Below, piece after piece: positions 40,665 to 47,822 of a stretch of DNA of 64,000 bases (its first letter is position 1; each line of letters begins with the position of its first letter). The translations under genes and the position numbers were made by a program. The notes under the pieces were generated by a model that did no database searches, was not told where the DNA came from, and saw only the letters and a list, made by a program, of their open reading frames with translations. This stretch comes from Flavobacteriaceae bacterium (GTDB lineage: Bacteria; Bacteroidota; Bacteroidia; Flavobacteriales; Flavobacteriaceae): the NCBI GenBank assembly GCA_021739635.1, contig JAIPBH010000001.1, positions 105,209 through 169,208 of the forward strand, given 5' to 3'.

Positions 40665-40870
40665 CCAACTTGTTTATATGCGGAACTTTCATCGGCTTAT
40701 CCAACCAATTTGGCAGGATATGCCCAAGTTTTAATAGCTGTTGTTCGGTTTGGGTTTTAACATGTTGCCAAGTTAGCCTTTTCTTACAAAATATACAAGC
40801 GGTAGGGGTGTTATGTTGGTTTGTTTTTGCCCTTGTTGGGCCAAAGTTCCATTTAAACCATATAACCCAA
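40665..40870 (+). repeat. direct repeat, copy 1 (~205 bp; 149-bp core at 40722-40870)
   Basis: The core aligns base for base with 43104-43252 (offset 2382), with about five mismatches by hand alignment. An upstream CAACTTGTTTATAT block is also shared. Confidence 0.85.
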
Positions 40871-41012
40871 TTAAAAAAACAAAGTATTTCTTTCCAAAAT
40901 AACCCACTACTTGAAAAGTTAAAAGAAACCATAAAAATTAAGGACTTATTAACGCCTTACATTTTTTTTGCAGTGGCCAAATGTTTAATTTCGAAGGCTT
41001 AATTTATTTTTT

Positions 41013-41975
41013 ATGATGGTTTGGGGGTTATTTCTTTTAGGAATATTTATTTTTTTAGCATTAGACTTAGGGGTTTTTAATAAAAACCCACATATTATAA
41101 GCGTTAAGGAAGCTTCTGCCTGGACTGGTGTTTGGGTAACCTTATCCTTTTTGTTTTCTGGGGTTATTTATTGGCTGTACAGCACCGGCAAAATTGATAA
41201 TGTAAATTCCTTAACCCCTATGGATGCCACTATAAAATACATTACAGGGTATTTAATAGAATTATCCTTAAGCATTGATAACATTTTTGTAATAGCGGTT
41301 ATTTTCGGCTCTTTCCACATTCCACAGAAATACCAGCACAGAGTGCTGTTTTGGGGTATATTAGGAGCCATTGTATTCCGGGCACTCATGATATTTTTTG
41401 GTATAGCGCTCATCAATAAATTTAGTATTGCCACCTATATATTTGGGGCTTTTTTGTTGTTTACCGCCTTTAAAATGTTGTTTTCAAAAGAAGAAACGTT
41501 TAACCCTAAAAAATCATTTGTTTACAGAAACTTACGAAAAGTTATGCCCATAACCACGCACATGCAAGGGCAAAAATTTTTTGTTAAAATGCGTCATATC
41601 ACGGCCGCAACACCCTTATTTATTGCCTTGGTAGTTATTGAGTTTACAGACATTTTATTTGCCCTAGACAGCGTACCCGCCATCTTGGCCATAACCTCAG
41701 ACCCTTTTTTGGTGTTTAGCTCCAACATTTTTGCCATCTTGGGCTTACGCTCCATGTATTTTTTTCTTGCCAACATGTTGGACCGCTTTAGTTATTTAAA
41801 ATACAGTTTAGTGGCTATTTTAAGTTTTGTAGGGGTTAAACTTATTTTGGTGCACCATTACAAATTTCCAGAATGGGTCTCCTTAAGTTTTATCGCGGTA
41901 GCACTGCTTACGGGTATCATCGTTTCTTTAAAACAAGAACCTGCTAAGAACGTAGAGGATAAGAGCGTAGATTAA
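41013..41975 (+). CDS. terC: TerC-family integral membrane protein
   Basis: Polytopic protein with TerC signatures (ELSLSIDNIFV, EFTDILFALDSVPAI). Confidence 0.85.
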   Translation: MMVWGLFLLGIFIFLALDLGVFNKNPHIISVKEASAWTGVWVTLSFLFSGVIYWLYSTGKIDNVNSLTPMDATIKYITGYLIELSLSIDNIFVIAVIFGSFHIPQKYQHRVLFWGILGAIVFRALMIFFGIALINKFSIATYIFGAFLLFTAFKMLFSKEETFNPKKSFVYRNLRKVMPITTHMQGQKFFVKMRHITAATPLFIALVVIEFTDILFALDSVPAILAITSDPFLVFSSNIFAILGLRSMYFFLANMLDRFSYLKYSLVAILSFVGVKLILVHHYKFPEWVSLSFIAVALLTGIIVSLKQEPAKNVEDKSVD

Positions 41976-42105
41976 AAGACTTTTACTATACTTCAAGGGC
42001 TTGTTTAATTACATGTTTTAACGATTCGCGGCTTGGCGAAGTGACGAATTTAGTAGCACGTACTTTTATTTTAGCACAGAAACCCGCCATTTTGCAAAAC
42101 TGCTG

Positions 42106-42915
42106 TTAGCTGTTGTTTTTCTTTGTTGCTGTTACTGAATAAACCATTGGTATTTTGTTGTTCAAATGCTCAATTCTAAATTTTTTCGGTTCAAACTCTA
42201 TGGTTTTGCTAAAGCAATTGTAAGGTGAATAATCAAATTCGTCAAGAGAATTAATTTCAAGCCCATTACCAATTAAACTATTTATTACTTCACTTAAACC
42301 GTGATTCCACATGACGTATGATTGGGTTATGTTTGCATTTTTGTCTGCGTAAGTTCCACTTTCTGTTTCTATAATTGCTCCCGAATTAAAATATCTGTAA
42401 CCAATTTTGTCAAAGTTGTCGTCAAACATCCAAACAACAGGATGAAACTCTACAAATATAAATTGTCCATTAGGCTTTAAAAACTGGGAAATGATTTTTG
42501 CCCACTTGTCCAAGTCAGGTAACCAACCTATGGTTCCGTAACTTGTAAATACAATATCAAATTTTTCGCTTAAATGGTTTGGTAAGTTGTAAATGTCGCA
42601 ACAAATAAACTTTGCATTTGAATTGGTGTCTTTTGCAATTTGTTTTGCACAATCAATTGCTTTGTCTGATAAGTCAACGCCTATAACATCTGCACCAAGT
42701 CGGCTCAACGAAATTGAGTCTTGTCCAAAATGACATTGTAAATGTAAAATTGTTTTTCCTTTTAAGTCGCCAAGCAAGTTTAATTCAATCTCATTTAAAG
42801 AGGTTTTTCCATTCAGAAATCCATCAAGGTCGTAAAATTCCGATTTTAAGTGTGTGTCAGTTCTATTGTTCCAGGACTGTCGGTTTATTTCTATATAATT
42901 TTGTTCTTGCTCCAT
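42106..42915 (-). CDS. class I SAM-dependent methyltransferase
   Basis: Motif I region ILHLQCHFGQDS and post-I VIGVDLS. Substrate unknown. Confidence 0.75.
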   Translation of the reverse strand: MEQEQNYIEINRQSWNNRTDTHLKSEFYDLDGFLNGKTSLNEIELNLLGDLKGKTILHLQCHFGQDSISLSRLGADVIGVDLSDKAIDCAKQIAKDTNSNAKFICCDIYNLPNHLSEKFDIVFTSYGTIGWLPDLDKWAKIISQFLKPNGQFIFVEFHPVVWMFDDNFDKIGYRYFNSGAIIETESGTYADKNANITQSYVMWNHGLSEVINSLIGNGLEINSLDEFDYSPYNCFSKTIEFEPKKFRIEHLNNKIPMVYSVTATKKNNS

Positions 42916-43048
42916 TTTTTCTAAGGTCGGTTTTTTAAAATAACTGCTAACGTGTTTATTACGGAATTTTCATTAACTTATAAAACCCCTATGCTAGCGC
43001 TTGTTTGCAACGAGTGCCACAATTCAATTATTAGGCGCGAGCGGGGGC

Positions 43049-43252
43049 ACAACTTGTTTATATACCTACTTTTAATAACCTATACCGCAAATAGCCAGCA
43101 TAAGCCCACGTTTTAATAGCTGTTGTTCGGTTTGGGTTTTAACATGTTGCCAAGTTAGCCTTTTCTTACAAAATATACAAGCGGTAGGGGTGTTATGTTG
43201 GTTTGTTTTTGCCCTTGTTCGGCCAAAGTTCCATCTAAACCATATATACCAA
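43049..43252 (+). repeat. direct repeat, copy 2
   Basis: See copy 1. Same orientation, 2.38 kb downstream. Confidence 0.85.
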
Positions 43253-43262
43253 AGTGGTAGCT

Positions 43263-43295
43263 GAACAAAACCCGAACAAAACCCGAACAAAACCC
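43263..43295 (+). repeat. 3 x 11-mer GAACAAAACCC tandem repeat
   Basis: Three perfect units read directly. Confidence 0.95.
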
Positions 43296-43312
43296 CTACT
43301 TTTTTTGGCACG

Positions 43313-43372
43313 TGTGTCAATATGTGTCAATATGTGTCAATGTGTGTCAATGTGTGTCAATATGTGTCAATA
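43313..43372 (+). repeat. 6 x 10-mer TGTGTCAATR tandem repeat (iteron-like)
   Basis: TGTGTCAATA x2, TGTGTCAATG x2, TGTGTCAATA x2 read directly. Confidence 0.95.
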
Positions 43373-43380
43373 GCTATCAC

Positions 43381-43431
43381 GGGGTTGCATATGTGAAGCC
43401 TGCTTTATAGCTTCACATTATTATTAACCCC
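43381..43431 (+). promoter_or_regulatory. 50-nt imperfect inverted repeat (cruciform/hairpin) upstream of the 43448 ORF
   Basis: Outer stem GGGGTT/AACCCC. Inner 9-bp stem ATGTGAAGC (43391-43399) / GCTTCACAT (43410-43418) with loop CTGCTTTATA. Confidence 0.5.
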
Positions 43432-43447
43432 TAAATATGTAAAAATC

Positions 43448-44092
43448 ATGGGAACATTTAGTAAAGGCATCCTTGGAGGCTTCTCCGGAAAAGTGGGCAA
43501 CGTTGTGGGTGCACGTTGGCGAGGTAAAGATATTATGCGCAGTTTACCACAGCGAGGTACCTACTTACCTACACAAGCACAATTAGACCAGCGCGACCGG
43601 TTTAAAACGGCTATTTTATTTTTAACGCCAATTAAAGACATTGTATCGGCTTATTTTGGCAAGCAGCAAGGCGATAAAAGCACCTTTAATTTGGCAACAG
43701 GCTACCACATTAAGTATGCCTTATTGCCAGATGCTATCGAGGGGTATGTTATTGACTACCCCAAAGTACTGATAGGTAAAGGTGATTTGCGTGGACTTGC
43801 CAATGGCAGTGTAAGCCCAGATACCAACCAAGAGCTTACCATTGCTTGGGATGATAATAGCGGGCAAGGTAATGCCGCCGCTACTGATGAGCTGGTGGTT
43901 GTGGTGTACTGTGAGGCACTCGATTTGTTTGAAACGGCAAACCCTGCTGGCACGCGTGATGTGGTTACGGTGCAAATGCAGTTACCTGCTTACTGGGCAG
44001 GGCAAGAGGTGCGCGTTTGGGCTACTTTTGTTACTGCCGACCAAAAACTGGCTGCTACCAGTACGTATCTGGGAGCTGTAACGCTTACTTAA
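43448..44092 (+). CDS. hypothetical protein, GC-rich orphan (I recall it as DUF6266-like; unverified)
   Basis: 214-aa ORF with a Gly/Lys/Arg-rich N-terminus MGTFSKGILGGFSGKVGNVVGARWRGKD. About 50% GC against ~30% in the flanks. Followed by a strong hairpin. Confidence 0.6.
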   Translation: MGTFSKGILGGFSGKVGNVVGARWRGKDIMRSLPQRGTYLPTQAQLDQRDRFKTAILFLTPIKDIVSAYFGKQQGDKSTFNLATGYHIKYALLPDAIEGYVIDYPKVLIGKGDLRGLANGSVSPDTNQELTIAWDDNSGQGNAAATDELVVVVYCEALDLFETANPAGTRDVVTVQMQLPAYWAGQEVRVWATFVTADQKLAATSTYLGAVTLT

Positions 44093-44104
44093 TCATAGTT
44101 TTTA

Positions 44105-44150
44105 ACAGATTGCTTTTTACCTTATTGCGTGGTACGAAGCAATCTGTTTT
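44105..44150 (+). terminator. rho-independent terminator after the 43448-44092 ORF
   Basis: 11-bp perfect stem ACAGATTGCTT (44105-44115) / AAGCAATCTGT (44137-44147) followed by TTTTATT. The loop is 21 nt, which is long. Confidence 0.55.
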
Positions 44151-44167
44151 ATTGTGTTTGTTATCAT

Positions 44168-44195
44168 GAGATTGCTTCACTAGGTTCGCAATGAC
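44168..44195 (-). repeat. GTCATTGCGA..GAAGCAATCTC hairpin motif (minus orientation)
   Basis: The reverse complement reads GTCATTGCGAACCTAGTGAAGCAATCTC. Both ends are identical to the copy at 35794-35821. Confidence 0.6.
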
Positions 44196-44209
44196 GGTTT
44201 AATGGCTTT

Positions 44210-44458
44210 TTAAACAGCCTCACTTTGGTTTATATAGTGGTTTTCTTGTAATAGAATGTTTTGTAGTTTATAACCCAAAAGTTGTTGTATATACACTTTT
44301 GGAAAGTAGAGTACACCACCCATTTTAGTAAAGGGTAATTGCTTGGTTTTGCACCAGCGGTATAAGGTGCTTCTGCTTACTTTTAAAAAATGTTGGGCTT
44401 CATCTGAGGTCATCCAGTAATCATCTTTAAAAGTTGTAGGTTTTAACTGTTGTAACAT
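44210..44458 (-). CDS. helix-turn-helix (excisionase/MerR-like, HTH_17-type) DNA-binding protein
   Basis: WMTSDEAQHFLKVSRSTLYRWCKTKQLPFTKMGGVLYF matches the excisionase-family HTH pattern common in Bacteroidetes mobile elements. Confidence 0.75.
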   Translation of the reverse strand: MLQQLKPTTFKDDYWMTSDEAQHFLKVSRSTLYRWCKTKQLPFTKMGGVLYFPKVYIQQLLGYKLQNILLQENHYINQSEAV

Positions 44459-44592
44459 GATGTTTGGGGTTTAAAATAATGCAGTGGTACTTTTTACATA
44501 TAACGTGCTTATAAATTTGTTAGCAAACTACATAGTTAATAAAAAGCCTTTAAATAAAAAATACTTACTTGTGCGTATTTTTTTGTTGAGGT

Positions 44593-44981
44593 GTTCGGTG
44601 GTCAGTGGTCAGTATTCAGTGTTCAGTGGTCAGTGATTTTAATCATTAATCATTAATCATTAATTATCAATTATAATGTCACCCTGAGCGCAGTCGAAGG
44701 GCAGTGTTCAGTGTTCAGTATTCAGTGTTCGGTATTCAGTGTTCAGTGGTCAGTATTCAGTGTTCAGTATTCAGTGGTCAGTGTTCAGTGGTCAGTGTTC
44801 AGTGATTTTAATTGTTAATCATTAATCATTAATCGTTAATCGTTAATCGTTAATCATTAATCATTAATCGTTAATCATTCATCATTAATCGTTAATCATT
44901 AATCGTTAATCATTCATCGTTAATTGTCAATTATCAATTATCAATTATCAATTGTCAATTATCAATTGTAAATTGTCAATT
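44593..44981 (+). repeat. composite heptamer satellite: (RKTCRGT)n-GATTTTA-(RTTMATC)n-(RTMAATT)n, present twice
   Basis: Unit-by-unit reading gives block 1 = 6+3+1 units (44593-44672), a hairpin motif at 44678-44702, then block 2 = 14+16+8 units (44706-44981). Confidence 0.95.
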
Positions 44982-44991
44982 AAAATAACCG

Positions 44992-44999
44992 TACCTTTG
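44992..44999 (+). promoter_or_regulatory. candidate -7 promoter box for rhlE
   Basis: TACCTTTG fits TAnnTTTG. It lies 10 nt after the last heptamer and 57 nt before ATG 45056. Confidence 0.3.
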
Positions 45000-45055
45000 C
45001 AGCTAAATAAAAAAATGACACTAATAGTTAGATGGTCATTTACCAAAAACTTTAT

Positions 45056-46339
45056 ATGTCATTCAACCAATTAGGCTTATCTGAAGCCTTGCAAAAAGCT
45101 ATTAGCAAAAAAGGATATACTACCCCAAGCCCTATTCAAACAAAAGCCATCCCGCCTATATTAGAAGGGAAAGATATATTAGCTTCGGCACAAACAGGCA
45201 CCGGTAAAACAGCAGGGTTTACTTTGCCCTTATTACAATTATTATCGCAAGGGCAACCCTTAAGACAGCGCCCAGTACGAGCGTTAGTGCTTACCCCAAC
45301 TCGTGAGTTGGCAGCCCAAGTGTATGAAAACGTGAAGGAATACAGTGTGTTTCTCGATTTGCGTTCGGTCGTTATTTTTGGCGGTGTTAATCAAAATCCG
45401 CAGGTTAATCAATTACGGCAAGGGGTTGATATTTTGGTAGCCACACCGGGTCGACTTCTGGATTTGCACAATCAAGGCATGTTATCACTTTCAAAAGTAG
45501 AAATATTAGTGCTTGATGAAGCCGACCGTATGCTAGATATGGGTTTTTTACGCGATATAGAGCGCATTATGAAACTTATGCCCACCAAACGGCAAAACCT
45601 GATGTTTTCGGCAACCTTTTCACCCGATATTAAAAAGCTGGCACAAGGTATTTTAAACCATCCGGTACAGGTAGAGGCTACGCCCGAAAATACCACTGTG
45701 GAGGCCATTTCACAAAAAGTATATAAAGTAGCTAAAGGCTTAAAAACAGGCTTGATTATTAAACTAATTTCTGACGGAGATTGGAAACAAGTACTGGTGT
45801 TTACACGTACCAAACATGGCGCCAATAAACTTTGTGAAAAAATGGTGCAAGCTGGTATTACGGCCGCTGCTATACATGGTAATAAAAGTCAGGGAGCCAG
45901 AACCAAGGCCTTAAGCGGTTTTAAAACTGGTGCCGTACGCGTGTTGGTGGCTACTGATATTGCAGCTCGCGGATTGGATATTCCGTTATTGCCCCATGTG
46001 ATTAATTTTGAATTACCTAATATTCCTGAAGACTATATTCACAGAATAGGTAGAACGGGTAGAGCAGGTGCTAGTGGGGAAGCCTTATCGTTAGTAAGTG
46101 CCGATGAAACCACCTTTTTAAGAGATATTGAAAAACTGGTAGGCACGCGCTTTCCGGTTGAGATTGTAGAAGGTTTTGAACCCGACCCCAATGCATCAAC
46201 CGAGCCCGAAAAGAGACAACAACGCCAAGGTGGCAACAGAGATAAAAATAATGCTCAGCCCAAGACGTCTAACGATAAAAAATCAAATCGTCCAAAACGT
46301 AACAGAAACAAATTTTCTGACCATAAAAGGAAACCTTAA
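45056..46339 (+). CDS. rhlE: DEAD-box ATP-dependent RNA helicase (RhlE-like) with a basic C-terminal tail
   Basis: Q motif, [15 protein letters not shown] and [10 protein letters not shown] motifs. ATG 45056 ([12 protein letters not shown]) is preferred over 45032. Confidence 0.9.
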   Translation: MSFNQLGLSEALQKAISKKGYTTPSPIQTKAIPPILEGKDILASAQTGTGKTAGFTLPLLQLLSQGQPLRQRPVRALVLTPTRELAAQVYENVKEYSVFLDLRSVVIFGGVNQNPQVNQLRQGVDILVATPGRLLDLHNQGMLSLSKVEILVLDEADRMLDMGFLRDIERIMKLMPTKRQNLMFSATFSPDIKKLAQGILNHPVQVEATPENTTVEAISQKVYKVAKGLKTGLIIKLISDGDWKQVLVFTRTKHGANKLCEKMVQAGITAAAIHGNKSQGARTKALSGFKTGAVRVLVATDIAARGLDIPLLPHVINFELPNIPEDYIHRIGRTGRAGASGEALSLVSADETTFLRDIEKLVGTRFPVEIVEGFEPDPNASTEPEKRQQRQGGNRDKNNAQPKTSNDKKSNRPKRNRNKFSDHKRKP

Positions 46340-46345
46340 GGACCT

Positions 46346-46582
46346 ATGGAAACACAACCCAATAACCCGCTACACGGCATTACTTTAGAAAAAATCTTGA
46401 CTGATTTGGTGGCGCATTACGGTTGGGAATATATGGGTTATACCATTAAAATTAAATGTTTTACCGATAATCCTTCCATAAAATCTAGCTTAGTATTTTT
46501 ACGTAAAACACCATGGGCACGTGCCAAAGTGGAGACTATGTATTTAAACATGTTGAAAAAAAGAAAACAACAAGAACAATAA
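46346..46582 (+). CDS. VF530/DUF2132-family small protein
   Basis: [24 protein letters not shown]...PWARAKVE matches my memory of DUF2132. Confidence 0.7.
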   Translation: METQPNNPLHGITLEKILTDLVAHYGWEYMGYTIKIKCFTDNPSIKSSLVFLRKTPWARAKVETMYLNMLKKRKQQEQ

Positions 46583-46618
46583 ACTAAAGCACCTTTACTG
46601 AAAATGTTATAGAGTCTT

Positions 46619-47722
46619 TTATTTTTTTATTTTAACTGTTTTATGGGTTTTGGCACTATTAATGGCAGCTTGCAATATTTCCATTACTATCATATTGTTT
46701 TCCAAAGAAGTTGGATTGTATGGTGATAAGATGACGTTGTTTTTTACAACTGCTGCAAACAATGAAAAAGGGTCATCAAAAGGAGCTGGACGTTCTTCAA
46801 GATTAAAGGCCTCTTCTTGGTAACCATCATAACCTTCAGATATGCGAATCCTTAAATGATGTCTATTATCTGAATAGATGGCCCCGTTAAGTCCATAGAG
46901 TTCCATATCTTTTCTTCCAATAGGCCAATCCCAAGAAGCTTGAATGGTGGCATTACAATCATCATATGTTAGAATAATAGTGGCATCATCCTCAACTTTT
47001 GGATTGTTTTCTGGTTGAAACTGTTGGGTTATTGCAGTGACCGTGTTAGGTTTTTTACCTTTCAAAAGCCAGGTCATTAAATTTATACCGTAGCACCCAA
47101 AATCTGTAAGGGCTCCACCTCCATTTTGTATTGGGTCAGTCAACCAGTCTAAAAACTCCATATTGACACCTATCTTTTTGGGGCCTTTATGCCCGTCTCT
47201 TATAATAACCTTACGTAAATCACCAATTTTTCCAGCTTCAAGTAATTCGTATGATTTATGGTTTGTGGGATACCAAGTAGTTTCATAATTGGTAAGTAAA
47301 TGAATTTTGTGTTTTTTAGCCAAAATTTCCATTTTTTTCGCATCCTTTAAAGTTGTAGCCAATGGCTTTTCAACCATAACATGAATACCTAAAGGCGCAC
47401 AAGTTTCAACTATTTTTAAATGTTCATAAATAGTACCAAAAGCAGTAACGGCTTCAGGGTGAACAGCTTTTATCATGTCGTTCATAGTAGTATAAACAAT
47501 ATTCATTGAAAACTCATATTGGTTAGCATATTTTTGCGCTAATTCATTATTCGGTTCTACAATTCCAATAATTTGAATATCACCACGTTTTTCACTATCA
47601 AAAATCCAATGGACATGCGTATGTGTCAACCCAACTATACCTATTTTTAGAGGTTTATTTTGGGAAATCATGTGAAATGATAATAAAATAAAGCTAATAA
47701 AGTATATGAATTTATGTGTCAT
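46619..47722 (-). CDS. Gfo/Idh/MocA-family oxidoreductase, secreted
   Basis: Signal peptide, then the Rossmann start KIGIVGLTHTHV and EKPLA motif. Confidence 0.85.
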   Translation of the reverse strand: MTHKFIYFISFILLSFHMISQNKPLKIGIVGLTHTHVHWIFDSEKRGDIQIIGIVEPNNELAQKYANQYEFSMNIVYTTMNDMIKAVHPEAVTAFGTIYEHLKIVETCAPLGIHVMVEKPLATTLKDAKKMEILAKKHKIHLLTNYETTWYPTNHKSYELLEAGKIGDLRKVIIRDGHKGPKKIGVNMEFLDWLTDPIQNGGGALTDFGCYGINLMTWLLKGKKPNTVTAITQQFQPENNPKVEDDATIILTYDDCNATIQASWDWPIGRKDMELYGLNGAIYSDNRHHLRIRISEGYDGYQEEAFNLEERPAPFDDPFSLFAAVVKNNVILSPYNPTSLENNMIVMEILQAAINSAKTHKTVKIKK

Positions 47723-47822
47723 ATTTTTTATAGTTATGTTATGTAAAACAACTTAAGAATTCATAATTGATAAAAGGTTCTGAAACAAAAATAAAATATT
47801 TATCCCAAAGTTTCAATTTTGA

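Noticed and set aside
40603-40932. The 109-aa minus-strand ORF, and its partner at 43072-43320 (82 aa), as real paralogous proteins.
   Set aside because: Similarity follows the nucleotide repeat (40722-40870 / 43104-43252), not the ORF boundaries, and the two N-termini and C-termini are unrelated. The three core mismatches I translated (40727, 40838, 40853) are all non-synonymous in this frame (L/R, P/R, K/R). The composition (Thr/Gln/Lys/Cys/Trp-rich) is not protein-like. The plus-strand ORF 40649-41002 is rejected for the same reasons.
40871-41012. A yybP-ykoY (manganese) riboswitch upstream of terC, as is common for TerC-family genes.
   Set aside because: I could not find the conserved GGGGAGUAG and UUGACA-type loop sequences or a four-way junction on the plus strand between 40700 and 41012. 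A covariance-model search would be the decisive test.
36904-43045. A classical integron (attC sites plus intI) as the explanation for the cassette-like gene run.
   Set aside because: The spacer ends (CACTAAC, TGTTAAC and TGCTAAC; GTTAGTG, GTTAACA and GTTAGCA on the other strand) do not satisfy RYYYAAC/GTTRRRY. There is no extrahelical-base architecture I can verify by eye, and no integron integrase in the window. It is kept only as a loose analogy in the findings.
43721-44081. Three overlapping ORFs (43721-43975 minus, 43756-43953 minus, 43842-44081 plus) inside the orphan ORF.
   Set aside because: High local GC removes stop codons in alternative frames. All lie fully inside the longer 43448-44092 ORF, which has a start context and its own terminator.
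44593-44981. Could the repeat block upstream of rhlE (and the arrays at 31.3, 43.3 and 54.3 kb) be CRISPR arrays?
   Set aside because: The units are 7-11 nt and directly abutting, with no unique spacers. There are no 24-48-nt repeats, no leader and no cas genes in the window.
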